Origin: an uncultured Thiomicrospira sp.
GTDB taxonomy: Bacteria > Pseudomonadota > Gammaproteobacteria > CAKMZV01
DNA: 32,000 nucleotides
Reading direction: 5' to 3'
Assembly: GCA_965195345.1 (NCBI GenBank)
Contig: OZ239628.1
Location: 803,339-835,338, forward strand
The notes under the pieces are model-generated. The model was not told the DNA's origin, searched no databases, and saw nothing but the letters and a program-made list of their open reading frames with translations. Of the stretch, positions 31,701 through 32,000 are shown piece after piece. Position numbers and translations under genes: made by a program. Numbering within the stretch: position 1 is the stretch's first letter; every line of letters starts with the position of its first letter.

Positions 31701-32000
31701 CACTGGCGCAGCTTATCTTTTTGTCCGTAGTAGCACTGGTTCGTGGAACCAACAAGCCTACATCAAAGCCTCAAATCCAGAGGAATTTGATGTTTTTGGT
31801 GCCAGAGTAGCGATAAGTGGTGATGGTAATACCCTAGCCGTTGGAGCGGATTCAGAAGATAGCAACGCCACTGGAATCAATGGCGATCAAACGAACAATG
31901 ATGCACTTCAATCCGGTGCAGTCTATGTTTATGCTCGTAGTGGTACCGATACATGGGCACAACAAGCCTACATCAAAGCCTCTAATACAGACGCATACGA
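28795..32000 (+). CDS. Paralog 7 (3'-truncated by window edge, absent from the ORF track): predicted lipoprotein with 6 Ig-like units, an FN3-like neck and at least 5 FG-GAP blades
   Basis: I translated it by hand from ATG 28795 (alternative 28801): MKMKHLKRWGFLLLFVFLTACGDDTTP..., lipobox LTAC (Cys codon 28855-28857). I met no stop codon in this frame through 31998. It has the same architecture as the other paralogs: DEDFGTFIINTTATDAEDG units, KRINFSW...ANHYRML neck at 30607-30918, blades from 30919. It is probably missing from the track because the ORF is not closed inside the window. Confidence 0.9.
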   Translation, partial: MKMKHLKRWGFLLLFVFLTACGDDTTPLSTNINTTPNLSLSVNTLTLDEDFGTFIINTTATDAEDGILPVTVFGQAGLLTTDVTTGQITLTSIANATGIATLTVRVVDSENLPVSTEVVVTVNAIDDTPVLTLSTTNLSLSEDFGTFIINTTATDVEDGVLSFTVSGQDTSVLTVRTSTNQIILTSVANATGTVTLTVSATDSEALTANTEVVVIINDIDDTPVLTISTTNLSLSEDFGTFIINTTEGDIEDGVLPFTVSGQDASILTVSTAINQIILTSVANANGTVTLTVSATDSEDLTVSTEVVVIINAVNDTPVLTLSTTNLSLSEDFGTFIINTTASDAEDGVLPVAVTGQDASLFAVTTSTDQIILTSVANANGTATLTVSIVDSGNLSTSTEVVVVVNAINDTPVLTLSTSNLSLDEDFGTFIINTTASDAEDGVLSFTVSGQDASVLTVSTSINQIMLTSVANANGTMTLTVSATDQGGLTTTAKITIVINPVDDNPILNLSATNFNLLMDTAAVLTAFGVDVDSSSAVLVYSAQQETPLLNQIQIASNTIALGAGNTLGSTTLVITVTNDRGLSTSATARVTVLSAISNTFLNVSLNVKRINFSWSMLPAANHYRMLSNVNLATARGFVDASSAHAVFAPNSTNIINTTVSATVNVARYLSTADRPEYLLQSCTSVDNSACSTYAQAALSNTQIKGLIGTFRPTWPDFGDQFTESLTFNGAGNIFVAGAPFESSDFTGINTFVLVGSNNRARASGAAYIFELSSTGTWSQRAYLKASNTGVGDFFGRSLAISGDGNTLAVGATLEDGTSTGVNGYQFSDNELQSGAVYVFVRSSAGAWSQQAYIKASNTEMYEQFGRALTVSSNGNTIFVGVPREATGLDGDQTRNGAPQSGGVYVFERNSSSVWSQTALIKASNLQAGDNFGEAVSVSSDGNVLLVGAPFEASLATGINGDQTNNAGNDTGAAYLFVRSSTGSWNQQAYIKASNPEEFDVFGARVAISGDGNTLAVGADSEDSNATGINGDQTNNDALQSGAVYVYARSGTDTWAQQAYIKASNTDAY
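29743..30024 (+). repeat. Gene-2-type B unit embedded as unit 4 of paralog 7
   Basis: About 29785-29968 matches the paralog 2 B-unit DNA almost base for base (ggcactttcatcatcaacaccactgcaagtgatgcagaagatggcgtgcttcccgttgcagtgactggacaagatgccagtctattcgccgtaaccacttctaccgatcag...). The flanking units of paralog 7 are a different, divergent type (GVLPFTVSGQDASILTVSTAINQ). Confidence 0.85.
30607..32000 (+). other. Paralog 7 C-terminal head (partial): FN3-like neck (30607-30918) plus FG-GAP blades from 30919 to the window edge
   Basis: KRINFSWSMLPAANHYRML neck. Blade 1 is degenerate (FGDQFTESLTFNGAGNIFVAGAPFESSDFTGINTFVLVGSNNRARASGAAYIFEL). Four more canonical blades follow, and a sixth begins at the window end. 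This is the most divergent head in the array. Confidence 0.7.

Noticed and set aside
2-32000. Interpretation as type I-secreted RTX/LapA/SiiE-like giant adhesins
   Set aside because: The complete members start with a classical signal peptide and lipobox, and they end in a propeller strand. They lack GGxGxD nonapeptide repeats and an unstructured C-terminal T1SS signal. No ABC transporter, MFP or TolC genes are adjacent within the window.
1-32000. A mobile element, prophage or genomic-island boundary, suggested by the many repeats and duplicated blocks
   Set aside because: I found no transposase, integrase, tRNA attachment site or terminal inverted repeats. All repeats are explained by intragenic unit arrays and gene-family duplication.

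Overview
About 32 kb, roughly 40% GC by eye, about 96% coding, with every supported gene on the + strand. The window is a tandem array of seven paralogous genes. The first is cut by the left edge. The seventh runs off the right edge and is missing from the supplied ORF track; I found it by reading the sequence. All seven encode giant predicted surface lipoproteins with one shared architecture. Each starts with an SPase-II signal peptide with a lipobox (L[ST]AC) and a Gly tract of variable length. Next comes a variable stalk of 2 to 21 cadherin-like / tandem-95-type Ig units (about 90-96 aa each, VNDxP linkers); three paralogs also carry a C-type-lectin-like insert. The stalk ends in a conserved terminal Ig unit, followed by a 104-aa FN3-like neck and exactly seven FG-GAP (integrin-alpha-like) propeller blades ending in GA(V/A)YLY-stop. 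Paralog 2 holds 17 near-identical 282-bp units. Paralogs 5 and 6 form a 4721-bp tandem duplication whose identity collapses inside the propeller. Individual repeat units and whole heads appear exchanged between paralogs. The genes are separated by 160-264 bp AT-rich spacers, most of them copies of one conserved cassette. I saw no rRNA, tRNA, CRISPR array, transposase, integrase, reverse transcriptase, or secretion or partner genes. Domain names come from motif recognition by eye, not from database searches. I cannot assign the organism from sequence alone.
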